From assembly GCF_000497125.1 (NCBI RefSeq), contig NC_090602.1:1-64000 (forward strand): 64,000 nucleotides of DNA. Reading direction: 5' to 3'. Position 1 is the stretch's first letter; the number at the start of each line of letters is the position of its first letter. Origin of the DNA: Spironucleus salmonicida (taxonomy: Eukaryota). The position numbers and the translations under genes were made by a program. Below the pieces are notes generated by a model. It saw only the letters and a program-made list of their open reading frames with translations, made no database searches and was not told where the DNA came from. Of the stretch, positions 39,015 to 50,984 are shown piece after piece.

Positions 39015-40685
39015 ATGAGAGTTAAATTGAATTATTTTTTTCCCTTTTTCGAAGCAAATATTTTAATTAATTCTGATGATTTATGGTAAATTAAATTAAT
39101 ATCTAATTAAAATTTGCAATCTTGTAAAAATTTATCCTATAGTTAATTTTTGATTAATTCTGCGTTAAATAATCCACTAAACTGTTTATTCAATTATATT
39201 AATCCAAAAACTATAAATTATTTAGAATAATCAGGTCATATTCTATTCACACCACAATTCATACGGTTTTTTCACCTATATGGGTAGTAGTTATAGAATT
39301 TACTTAGTTCTAGATTATATCTACTTAAGTCAAAGATTTACCAATTCACAGGACGTATTGATTTTACTATTTAGCATAATATTAAGAAGCATGTTGCTTC
39401 CTTAATAAATAAATAGTAATCGATTACCGTTTAAGGTCAATTTAAAAAAATTAAGAGGCACGTTATTCATCGAATCAAATTATTTTAAGTTTTGCTAGAT
39501 AATTAAAAGTTGATAATAGAATAAAGAGTTATCTAATAAATATTGCATAAATTTTTTTATCCTGTATTAGGCAATTTTTAGAAAATAAATTTTAAGTAAC
39601 TAATCAAAAAATTTGTTTTCAATCAAGAATTAGATAAAGTAGAGAATGAAATTGTCACTGAGATTATTGCTCCTTTAATGTCATAATATTTACTATTCTC
39701 TTAAGATATGTATATTTAGCGTAAATTGGTTTCCCATTCTAGTTTAAAAATTTATTCAGAGTAAATATCCACATCGAGCTATATTTAGTCAGTTTTAATT
39801 CCTATGCCAAAACGAAACCAACAAGTTAGACCACTAATTATGTCATATGACTAGGATTCTATATTACCTATTATAAGATATATCTTTTAGGATAAAAATT
39901 TTTCCACTGTTAAATAATGTTTAGATGATATAAATTCAGGAAAATATACAGATGTTCTCAATGCATTTAATTTGGTTAATCAATAAGAAATATATTAACT
40001 TGTTATCAATAAAATTAAAAGCTTTCCTGAGTATTTTTAAACTATAAATTGGATAAAAATTTAAGATATTATGTATCCTCAAAAAATTACTCTAATCAAA
40101 AACATAGATCTTCAAAGATTAGTAAAAGAACACATTTTAAATTTTAAGTTTTTTGATATTGTATCGTGTACAAAATTTCGATTAATTCAAGGTATTCCAT
40201 AAGGCGCCCCCCTCTCTCCATTTTTATTTTTAGTTTGGATGGATTATAAAACTACTAAATCTCTAATTTCTTTTGTAAAACTAAACAATAGAAGCATAAT
40301 TGTTAGAAGATATGTTGACAATATTGTTTCATCCGAATAATTTACGATTTCTGGTGTCGATACAAGATAAACATAAGATTTTTGTGGTCATTACGATAAT
40401 TTTTATCAAGAAATTTTATTTCACTAGGAATTTACTGAAAAGAAAATTTTGATGAAACTAAAAATTATTTAAAAGCTAGATATTGGGCATTTGGAAAAAT
40501 TGGGTTATAAATATTTATTATTAAGGTTAGCAAAATGCAAGCAAATAAGTATTTTTAATAAAAAGCTTATTGCAATTTAAGGTATATTATCTAAATAGTT
40601 TCCATAGTACTTCTTGTTTATTTATGGTATTTTTATGTAATCTTAAATGAATTATTATCATAACAATTTTATCATAAGTAAGTGA
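39015..40685 (+). CDS. TERT: Telomerase reverse transcriptase-like protein, minimal (556 aa), motif C = YVDN
   Basis: Code-6 ORF with motifs in TERT order: GQ-like IYQFTG, QFP-like (LHKFFYPVLG...KQLIKKFV), degenerate T (EIIAPLMSQYLLFSQDMYIQRK), motifs 1/2 IPMPKRNQQVRPLI, A YTDVLNAFN, about 75-aa A-to-B' insertion, B' QGIPQGAPLSPFL, C RRYVDN, E FCG. Stop AAGTGA. Confidence 0.85.
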
Positions 40686-40800
40686 ATATTATAAATTATA
40701 AATTATAATAATTTCTAATACAATATTATTACTAATTATTACCTAAAAAACTGGTTCAAAAAATTTATTTATTACTTAAGTTTAATGTATGGAATTGATT

Positions 40801-40815
40801 TTCCCATTCCATCAA
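40801..40815 (+). promoter_or_regulatory. C-rich element just upstream of the start codon (example of a recurring motif)
   Basis: TTCCCATTCC precedes ATG 40816. Similar CCA(C/T)TT elements follow an AT-rich tract upstream of 42154, 44146, 47057 and 59515, and on - upstream of PKA, RPL18 and Raptor. Confidence 0.55.
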
Positions 40816-41178
40816 ATGGGTTGTGGCGCAACAAATTCACTCGATAACAAAAAACCTCTTGCTAAGTCTTTTGACTGCATGGTTGTCAACAAATCTGACA
40901 AGTTTCTCAATATTTCTTGCATAACTGGTTCAGGATCAACAATTGAAGCTCAGACTGACTCTGTTATGAAGAAATTACTAAAAGAGTTAACTAAACATAA
41001 TATGAAAGCTACTAACGTTGTTAAGCTTGAGTGTCTCCTTAGCGACTTGTAGAACTTTGCAAAGTTTAACGAAATTTATGGTGCTGCTTTAGATGGGTGG
41101 AAACCTGCTAGATTATGTGTTTAAGATAATTTAGCTTCTGGCATTCTTGTGTAACTTAACTGTATTGCTACTGATTGA
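40816..41178 (+). CDS. RidA/YjgF/UK114 family protein (120 aa) with N-terminal MGCG acylation motif
   Basis: TIEAQT, NVVKLECLLSDLQNFAKFNEIY, KPARLCV (family Arg retained) and LVQLNCIA. Confidence 0.85.
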
Positions 41179-41262
41179 TCTTTACGATATGATAATTCTT
41201 GTGGTTTATCTTTATAAATATGTATAAAAATATACTATACATTACCTACAATAATTCCTTAA

Positions 41263-41907
41263 ATGATACCTTTGGACCCGTAAAATTATTTGCTTTAACT
41301 TATTTTAATTTTATTGACTACATGCATTAACGCATTCTTTTCTGGATATTTCATCTATAGCATGCATACGTTAAACTCAATTTTTTCGATTATATTTCTT
41401 AATTTGGCAGACATCGTGTCTCTTTTAATTTCTAGCTCGAAATACTGTATATCTAAGTAAATATCAACACCTTTACTCGGTACTTAACGTGGAATTACAA
41501 AAATTTAAAAGCTATATAACTTTGAGGAAATATTTATTTTGATTGCAGCATGCTTTTTAATTGTTAATTAAAATTAAATTTACATTACAATCCCAATTTT
41601 TATTTTGTCTAGTTTGTTAGTTTTTAAATAAAGGTTTTCGTTTATCTTAATATAACTATCATCATTATCCATTATTTTGATTTCCTACTTTTTGTATTAA
41701 TCATGGCAAGTTATTATTATTTGTTGCTTAGCTTGTGTCTCCATATCTCTTAAAATTAACTTTAACACTTAAATATAGATTAAGACTCATAAAAACTCTA
41801 GACTCTAATTATATACTCCTAAAAGCAGATTTGGAAAGGAGGACTTATCAACATTGATAAATATTTTTGCAAAAGGATTAATTCTAGTTAAAATGTTTGT
41901 TGAATGA
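41263..41907 (+). CDS. Hypothetical multi-pass membrane protein (214 aa)
   Basis: Open code-6 frame with several long hydrophobic stretches. Confidence 0.6.
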
Positions 41908-42153
41908 TTTATTATTTATTTTTATGCATTAATATTGTTTTTATCTATGAGACATAGCTTGGACTCTAATTGTATACTAAACATACAAAGGTGTAATTTT
42001 AAAACTTCCAAAACTTTTATTAATTTTTAGTTTCAATATGAGATATAAATTCATATCTATATATTACTATACATTTTTGAAAAATAGATTATTAGAAATA
42101 AAAATATAATAATATAAATTTTATCATTGTACCACTTCATTATCCAGAAATTA

Positions 42154-44070
42154 ATGACTGAGATTTTTAATATTGCTTTATTGATAGATAACCTTAAACA
42201 TGAGGAAGTTAATGAAAGATTAAGATCAATGTAATCATTAGATAAAATTGCTACAGCCCTTGGTACCAGACGTACTGCATAGGAGTTACTACCATTCCTT
42301 TGTGATTGTGTCGATGATGACGATGATGTTTTATTATAGTTACTGTAATAATTAAAAAGATTCCCATCTTTGGCTGGATCTGAGCAACCACTTATTCCAG
42401 TACTCTAATTATTAGCAGTTGGTGATTCTAAAGTTGTTCGAGATTAAGCAGTAGAATCAATTCTTGAGCTAAAAGAATCTTCTATAATTTTACCCGTAGT
42501 TGAATAGTTACTTGACTCTGAGTGGTATAACTATCGCACATCTGGGCTTGCTTTATTAAGAAGATATTTATAATCAGTATAGGCACCTGAAAAAAGAGCC
42601 AATGCTCTTAAATAGGTAAGAACTTGTTCTACTGACCCTTTGCCTATGGTTCGGAGAGCTGTTGCTGAATCTCTTGCTGAATTTGTGAAAGAGCTTAATT
42701 TATAAGAAATGCAAACTCTTATTAAACCTTTATTAAAACTCTTATCCGAGGATAGCCAAGATGCTGTTCGTGCAGTTGCTATTAGAGCTATTGCACCTGT
42801 CCTTTTATAATTCTCAAAACTAGCAAAGGAAAATCAAGCACAATTAAATGATATAAACGTCTCCAGAAAAGAAATATATTAAAGATTTATTATAAAGTAA
42901 TGTAGTGAAGAGTCTTGGCGTACAAGATATATATGCGCTGACGTATTTTCTTCTATAATTGAAGCCTATTTAGGATTTTCTGAATTTTCACCTTTATATA
43001 CTCTTCCTAAAGAAACATAGGATGCTCGTGAATGCGACGAAGACGTAGACCCCTTTAAAGGAAATTCTTTAAATTAAATTACACCATCAGTAGTACCAGA
43101 CTTCAATAAGCAAATCGTTAAAAATTCACCTGAATTACCGGTAGGTCCAGATTTTGATGAAGTAAAAGCAGCGTAAACATTTGCCAAATTATTAGCGGAT
43201 AAAGAACCAGAAACACGCTGTGTTGCCATTCAGCGTGTAATTCGCGTCTCCAACAGGCTTCAACAGTCATCAATTTAATCTCATATATTGCCTTAATTAG
43301 AGGAGCGCGCTATATCCGATGATTCTATTTTTGTTCGTGTGACCTTGGCTCGACATATATCATACATTGCACCGTTATTATCGAAAGATATAATTCTAAA
43401 ACAACTTGTATCTGTTATTTTAAAGCAATTGGACGATAAGGATGCAAATGTGCGTGTATTTGTACTTAAAAATTTGCTTCCAGTTACATAAGTTGTAGGA
43501 TTAAGTGTATTTGGTGATAAAATATAGAATACCATTGTTGTTCTCTCCGAGGAAGCTGATTGGCGTGTTCGTGTCTAGGTGATCGAGAGCTTAGTAGAGA
43601 TATCAAAACTTATCGAAAGTTCCATTTTTGACTAGAAATTTAAAAATTTGGCTATCAATTATTTGAATGATCCAGTAAACTATGTAAGGAGAATAGCAGC
43701 AAGCAGTCTAGTACAAATTGCGTTAGCTTTTGGTATTGAATGGGCAAGAAAAGTAGTTGTTGGATAGATTAGTGATATGAGTAAGAAGTAAAACTATTTA
43801 CAGAGAAATAACTGTTTATTTTTGGCTGAAGAACTAGCGTTGGTTTTGGGTAAAGATCTAGGCTAGGATTTATAGAGCATATTTATTCAGCTCTGTGAAG
43901 ACTAAGTACCTAATATCCGTTTTATGGCATGTGAAGTCATTGGAAAAATCTCTAAGTCTGTGCCTGAATCAGTCAAAACATAGCTGCTTTAAAAGGTTAA
44001 TAGTCTATTGAATGATGCAGATAAAGATGTTTAGCAATTCGCTTAGGCTGCACTCAAAGCTGCAAAGTGA
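42154..44070 (+). CDS. PPP2R1: Protein phosphatase 2A scaffold subunit A (PR65), 638 aa
   Basis: IALLIDNLKHEEV...IATALGTRRTAQELLPFL...DDDDDVL, PMVRRA, SWRTR, DWRVR and DQVPNIRF HEAT motifs. Stop AAGTGA. Confidence 0.95.
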
Positions 44071-44145
44071 AAATACTATTAATTAATTTTAATTTTAATT
44101 TAATATTTATATAAGTGTATAATATTTATTACCATTTTCACGCAA

Positions 44146-45162
44146 ATGAATTAGTCAAATAAACTTTTAGAGTAAGTGGATAGAAAAATTTCCAATCTCC
44201 GGACACGGCTACAAGATACACCTAAAACATTGGATTTAACAGAAAATTATACATTAATACACGTGCAAAAGTCACCATTTAACCCATTGCCAAAAGTTCT
44301 TCCTCGAGCTAAGACTTAGGCTGACCAAAAAAATCTTACAAATGCAACAAAACGGTAGTTATGCATTAAAACACTTTAGTAGCATTAATTACTTAAACGA
44401 GAGCTTGACGTATTAAAAAAACGCACAAATTAATACTCTTCTCCGTAAAGATCTACAAGTAGTATTTCATATAGTTATGAAGAAAAGCCAAATTATAGAG
44501 AATAATATGAATAAATAAAACAAAATGATATATAGCAAGCTAAAATCAAGCGTAGGGCAGTAAAAGAGTTAGAATTTAAAGCTAGATTAGAAAAAGAGAA
44601 AAATATATTACAAAAAAATTTAGAAGCATAAGATATTAAGGTTTTAGAAGATGAAATAAGAGTCAGAAAGATGGAATAAAAGCTGGAACTGGCAGCGTAT
44701 ACATAAAATTTACGTGCTAAGTAGTAAAATTGGAAGGAAGTTTCCACTATTAAGAAGCAACAAAAACAAATAGAAATTAGTGAAAAATACAATGAAGAAA
44801 TGGATAATCTGGTTTTAGAAGTTATTGATAAGGAAGATGAGATTAGGTAAATGCAAAAAGAGATATAAGAACTAAAAACTAAATTATATGGAGAATAGTA
44901 ATATAATAATTAGTAATCTCATAATGAGTAATAAGACACCAATATTATTAATAATATTGACCCTAATTAGTAATAATAATATAGCATTGAAGTATTAGAA
45001 GAACCATAAGAATTTATTTCAGATTAATAATTTTAATAATAATTATAAGTGGAATAATTAGAATAAGTACAGTATTCTTAAGAAAGCCTACCTATAGAGT
45101 TAGTATATAGTTCCTAAAATGAATAAGTTGCAGCAAAAAAAGTAAATGAATAATATGAATGA
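44146..45162 (+). CDS. Hypothetical coiled-coil protein (338 aa)
   Basis: Open code-6 frame, E/K/Q-rich heptads and an acidic Q/E tail. Confidence 0.75.
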
Positions 45163-45166
45163 TCGT

Positions 45167-45382
45167 TCAAAATTCATCACTACCCAGGTCATCATATCCT
45201 GTAAATTAAACTGCTGGAATTTCACGTATCTATACTCTTCTTTAGACTTTCGCATTCGTTGCATCAGTTCGTATAAAATGAAGATATTACTAAGGTGTAA
45301 CTATATGCTTTAAATCCTCTTTGGTAATATTGTTATAACTATTTTCAACACTCCAGCTGCCACTGTGACTTTCCTCAGTCAT
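45167..45382 (-). CDS. Small hypothetical protein (71 aa)
   Basis: MTEESHSGSWSVENSY...GSDEF*, exactly filling an intergenic gap. Confidence 0.45.
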
Positions 45383-45416
45383 TTAGTAATTTTCAAGTTT
45401 ATAGTTATCTTGTGTA

Positions 45417-45737
45417 TCACTTAATATATGAAATATATCCTATAATAATCAACAACCCCGATATTATTAAAAGTGTATACTAAAGAATAGTCTTTATAAA
45501 AATATAATTTACCACATACTTAAAGGAATACCATCTCCTTAAAATATCATATTGTGTATTAACTTTTAAGTTAACTTAATTATTATTCTGAAATATTTAT
45601 TAACTGACAGAATCAAACCCCGGTTCTGCATATAACACACCTTCCTTTAAATTAGACTTAATATATTTATCACGATACCATCTATACGCTTTGGAAAACT
45701 CATCCATTATTTCAGGCTCGTCTTCTACTCTTTACAT
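45417..45737 (-). CDS. Small tail-anchored membrane protein (106 aa)
   Basis: C-terminal TM segment YTLLIISGLLIIIGYISYIK*; stop AAGTGA. Confidence 0.6.
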
Positions 45738-45784
45738 TATATAACTAATTTAAATAATATCATATAATATTAATAATATTAAAA

Positions 45785-46912
45785 TCAGTCAAAAATTGTC
45801 TTAAATACAGTAAGTACATCCTCATATTTAGCAGCAACCTCAATAATGACTCTAACAGCACTTCCACCACCTACAACCTCTATTACACTTTTCAACCTAT
45901 CGAGGACTTCTCCTCCGCGTTTTTAATTAGAACCAAAAACAACCTTCAGCTTATTCCCACTCATGTTAAAAACACACGCATTCTAATATTCTTTGAGCAA
46001 ACTTGCTAATAATGGTTATATATCAGCATTTTCAAGTGAAATTGACTGCACAAAAATCGACTTAAAATCCTTCAATTCAGTCACATTTTCACACATAAGA
46101 TATCTACTGAGCACCTTCAAAACCTCAGAGTTACGCTTCTTGGTAGCTTTCAGTTCCGCTTGCATCGCTTTGACGCTCTCGAAAACGTCGAATTCGCCAG
46201 TCGTCAGATGCTTAGAAATTCGAAGCAGTTCATTCCTGGAACTGTTTAGTTTCTAAATAGCTTGACCACCAAAAGAGAACTCAATCTTGATACCTGCTTT
46301 AACATTTTCAACAGATAAAACTTTACAGATCTACAACTCGGAAATGTCGCTAACGTGCGTCCCACAGCATCCACAGGAGTCCAAGCCGATAATACTGACT
46401 AGCCTGAACGGAAATTTCAATTTTCCACTCCTATACTCTTAAGGAATTTCATCAGATTCCTGCGTAAATACCTTTATTTCAACTCCTGCTCCTTTTGCAA
46501 TTTTCAAATTCGTATTTTCCTCAACTTCATCGATCTATTTTTGGCTTAATTTGATGTTTAATTCTATTGTTGCGTAGTCTTCAAATGCGGTGAAGGAGCT
46601 GCTTTTTGCGTTGTGCATCCGTTCAAATTCAGCGCTCAAAAGGTGCTGGCCGGTGTGTAAAAGAGACGAATTCCTGCGGCGGTTTTCAGAAATTTTTACT
46701 ATTACAACCCCAGATATGTCTTTATCCATGAGTATGCTATCGCCAGAAAATAAGGTAAACGGTATGTCATTTATAGTTCCACAGTCTGGAAGCTGTCCAC
46801 CACCGCCAGAGAATAGAAAATTAGGTACTAATGAGATAGCAAACTTGTCGTTTTGTGGTATCGAAGTAGCAGTAGCTTCAAAAGTATAAATATTTTCTGT
46901 ATAAGCAAACAT
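45785..46912 (-). CDS. AlaX / AARSD1-type free-standing alanyl-tRNA editing protein (375 aa)
   Basis: GGGQLPDCG, HTGQH (HxxxH) and CCGTHV (CxxxH) zinc-site motifs. Confidence 0.9.
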
Positions 46913-47056
46913 TGTTAGGGAGGGAACTCTATGAGAAGATGTGAATAACCTATTATTATCTGGTTAATAATTTAAATTATAACGCTACAGTATAATGGAT
47001 TTATATTATTATACTTTTAATATTAAAGACTATATTACTTTACCATTTCAAAAATC

Positions 47057-48181
47057 ATGCCTAACGCGACGTTTAATATTAAAGGTATAAATTTTATCGT
47101 CCCTGACCATTATAACATCACAAAATTGTTAGGGCAAGGGGCTTATGGTACTGTTGTTGAGGCTATAGATAAACGTAATAACCAACATGTGGCTATTAAA
47201 AAGCTTGAAAAGGTTTTCGGCCATTTAGTTGATGCTAAACGCATTTTGCGAGAAGTCGCACTATTATCATATTTATAACACGAAAATGTTATCAAATTAC
47301 TGGATATACTTCCTCCTACAGATTGCAACGATCTTGATGAGATTTATATGGTTTTTGAGTATATGCAAACTGATATGTACAAGATAGTGTCAAGCCGCCA
47401 AGAACTTTCCGACGAACATATTCAATATTTCTTGTATCAATTATTGCGTGGTATGGCTTATATTCATTCGGCTGGAATCGTCCATAGAGATTTAAAGCCA
47501 TCAAATCTCCTATTAAATGCTGATTGCACGCTTTAGGTTTGCGACTTAGGTTTAGCCAGACTTATTCATGAAGTTTCCAATTCAGACACAAAAATGACAG
47601 AGTATGTTAGTACTCGTTGGTATCGTGCTCCTGAAATCATATTAGGTGATCCTAAATACGGCTAGCCTGTAGATATATTTTCTATTGGGTGTATTTTTGC
47701 TGAATTAATTTTAAGACGGCCTTTATTACCTGGAAGAGATTACATTAATTAGTTACATCTCATTATGGACATTCTTGGCACACCAAGCAAAGAAGTATTA
47801 GCAAGGATTGATAATAAATCTGCTAGAGATTATGTGGAATAATAACCATTATAACAGCCTATAGATTTAAAAACTAAATTTCCTACTTTATCAACTGAAG
47901 GTGTAGACATCATGAGATTGATGCTTAAAATGGATGCTGATAATCGTCCGACGGCTGCTGAGGCTATGAAGCATAAATATTTTGATGGATTATGGGAAGA
48001 AGGTGACCTTATTGAGTATAATGGTAAGTAGATTCATTTATTTTTTGAAGACTATGATCTCACCAAAGAACTTTTAGAGCTTGGATTTTTGAACGAGATC
48101 AAAAAATTCCATAAGGAGGTTGAACCAGAGGTATAAAAGCGTGCAAAGGCTCTTAATATTGATTATTCCAATTTGTAATGA
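47057..48181 (+). CDS. ERK1: MAP kinase, ERK1-like (TEY), 374 aa
   Basis: [32 protein letters not shown] and [14 protein letters not shown]. Confidence 0.93.
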
Positions 48182-48191
48182 GTCAAAAATT

Positions 48192-49043
48192 TCACTTAAA
48201 ATTAAAATCATACCCTTTAATTAAATTACCAGTTTTATTCATTTTATCTATATTTTAATCTAATTTCATAAGCATTCCAGGTTATATATCTCCACCTCTA
48301 CTTACTTTTGGATATCTCTATCTAGCCTATGTAATTCTGATCGTATCTTCGTTTTATACACGTGAAGTATGAATAGTTCTACAAAAATCTTCAATATCTT
48401 TTCCTTCTTTCTAAAAAGATTAAAATTATTAAAATGCCTTCTTATTTTTAGTTTTTAACCAGCTAGGAGTATAAAATTCGGCAATGAAGTTATCCTTTAA
48501 TATATGACCCGCAACAAGTTACTTTTAGGTAATATCTTCTAAAAAATATTCATTTTTGCTATTTGATACTAAAAATGAATCTTATGCAGATATATGTAGT
48601 CTTCTTGGAAGCGGTAATTGTTTAATTGGTTATTTCTATTACATTTACATTGGCATACATTCAACAGGCAGTGTGATCGTTCTTGAAGCAGTCTCTTCTA
48701 ATCTTTATTTAACTTTTTCTAAATACATTGGATCCTGAGTGTCAAATTCAAGAAGAATATCTTCTACTACTCCTTTAGCTCTATCCTTAGGAGGTGGATT
48801 TATTCTAGGACCTGAAATATCTTTTGTTGCAATATCTTCAGTATAGTTATGATAGATTTCTTTTGCGATTCTATATTTAACAGGGTCGATACGCTTTTGT
48901 ATTGGTTGCAATTCTTCTGAAGAAGAATCATCTTATTATTAATCAGCATTATTTTCCTCAAACTAATCTAAGTCATGGTAAGTTTCTATTCTATCAATTA
49001 GACGCTTGGAAGCGTTTATTTCCCTCATGTTATTAATAGGCAT
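48192..49043 (-). CDS. Hypothetical protein (283 aa)
   Basis: ATG 49043 to TGA 48192 (AAGTGA); the track ORF 48705-48911 is in frame. Confidence 0.75.
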
Positions 49044-49591
49044 TATATGCGCCAATTAATTCGATTATAATATATATAATTCGTAAATAATTTCAATTAA
49101 AAATAAAATCGATTCATTTATTCATTTTGTATTATTTGCTAATATTATAGCAGCTTAAATAGTATCACAAATGCATTGTTATATAATTAATATATTTTCA
49201 TCCTCTTATAAATGTAAACAAAATAAATTTGTTTAGGTTTAAGCTCTGATATTTTAAATTATTTTGTATTATTTTTCAACACTGAGTTATACTTAAAAAT
49301 TATATGACTCTAATTAGTCAAATGAAATAGGCATATAAAGCTGCGTTTTAGTATTTGGTATTTTTATCATTTTAATTAAATTAACAATGATATGTTATAA
49401 TAGTATATCATAAATACAAAAAATATGCATTCTAAAATAATGCGTTAGTGGGTTTTTTCAAGTTTTTAGCATCTATTTATATCATAATTACTTTCAGTAA
49501 CCATTATATTTCAAAAAACTGATATTTTTAAATATCTCTAACTTAACAAATATATATATTTTATTATGTTCTAATATATTTTTCTGAAATA

Positions 49592-49933
49592 ATGACTATC
49601 CAGCTTCCGGCAATAAAAAGAAATAAATCCTTTACTGATAACGAAATACAGGCAAAAAGAATAATCACTGAATCTATATTAGATATCCTGAATCCTTAAC
49701 CAATTGATCCTATTTCTAAAGTGCCAGAAAAATAAAAGGCTATAATTAGACTTTTTGGGAATACAAATCTTTATACAACTTCCTTTGTTAAACTATGCAA
49801 TAGAAACTATGGATTACCTGTGAACAAGGAGCAAATATTTTAAAACTAAAAAGTAAGGTAATAGCTACTGAAAGAAAAATTTGAAAGTAGTGAACAGAAG
49901 CGTAAAGAGAAAATCTATAATCTGAATATTTGA
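49592..49933 (+). CDS. Hypothetical protein (113 aa)
   Basis: Open code-6 frame MTIQLPAIKRNKS... Confidence 0.65.
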
Positions 49934-49964
49934 TTTTATTATATAATAAAATATTACCTACAAA

Positions 49965-50969
49965 ATGAAAATATAAGTTTACTCAGTGGATTAAGAGATT
50001 CTATCACCAGATCAATTTGATAGTTTAACTCCAACATCTAATATTCTCATAAATGATTATATTTATTTTAAGATACTATTCTCACTACATACAGATGTAA
50101 AATCAATTGTGCTTACTATTCAATCAGATTCACATTCATCGTAGCCATATACACTGAATCCTATATTTAACTCAGGCTAAGCAGATTTTTATAAATTAGA
50201 ATTTCAATAACATGACCCATTGCCAGGTAAAATATTCTAAGGATTTTTTATTATCACAAACTTCTCAAATGATTTAATCCTAGAAAAAAAAATTCATATA
50301 TCAATCTCCTCTCCAATATTTTTGAATCTTGTATCATTAGAAAACGAAATTCTCGAGTTCTAGATGAAATCTTAAAAATCCCTTTAAATTATCTCCTTTA
50401 TTATGTAGTCAGGTAACATTACATAGTCTCATAATTCAATAAATGATTAAAACTTTGACATAAACCTAACACACCGTGATTTTGTGTCACTTAATACTTA
50501 ATTTTATAATTAAATTAGTGAAAAAATAACAGACTTTACAATTACCGTAATATACCGCTTTAACAACTAGCTTAACAATCTAAAGTTTGGGTTCGACCTT
50601 TCCGAGTTTTTTTAAAAAATGAATTCAAAGAAATAAGCAAATTTACTACAAATAAGTGCCTAAATTTCCTCTCAAATACCCAACTCTCATAATGACTTGA
50701 GCAAAAATAAGGCATATTTTATTGTATAATTAAAAGTAAAGAATACATCTCCCCTAGATATGCAAAATATTTAGATCAAAATATTCGACATCCCACACAA
50801 AGTTCAAGCGATTACTCAGCTTATCAACATTCCGATAATTCCTGCCAACAGTACAACTACACAGTATATTGAACTCTACACATATCTAACAACATTTATC
50901 TTACCAAAAATACGCCTGAAATCAAACCAAATCGAGCATTTTTATGACGAAATTGTGCTGTTTAAATGA
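49965..50969 (+). CDS. Hypothetical beta-sandwich protein (334 aa), weakly TRAPPC13-like
   Basis: Open code-6 frame. The C-terminal IVQLKVKNTS...IPANSTTTQYIEL...LPKIRL...HFYDEI segment recalls the Ig-like TRAPPC13 C-terminus (tentative). Confidence 0.6.
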
Positions 50970-50984
50970 GTGATATAATTCAAC

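Noticed and set aside
39015-40685. RT as a non-LTR/Penelope retroelement, group II intron or retron
   Set aside because: No endonuclease or maturase domain, flanking repeats or poly(A) tail. QGIPQG, FCG, the A-to-B' insertion and the GQ/QFP/T-like blocks favour TERT, and it sits among housekeeping genes.
41241-41250. TACCTAC near TERT (also at 49955 and 11549) as a telomerase RNA template
   Set aside because: These 7-mers are expected by chance. Those at about 41243 and 49955 lie just upstream of ATGs and fit the C-rich promoter element.
45088-45095. CCTACCTA as an interstitial telomere seed
   Set aside because: It lies inside a coding sequence and is of chance-level length.
49100-49560. 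Small - strand ORF (MIKIPNTKTQL...)
   Set aside because: About 80 codons with no motif and an uncertain start; such lengths arise by chance when only TGA stops.
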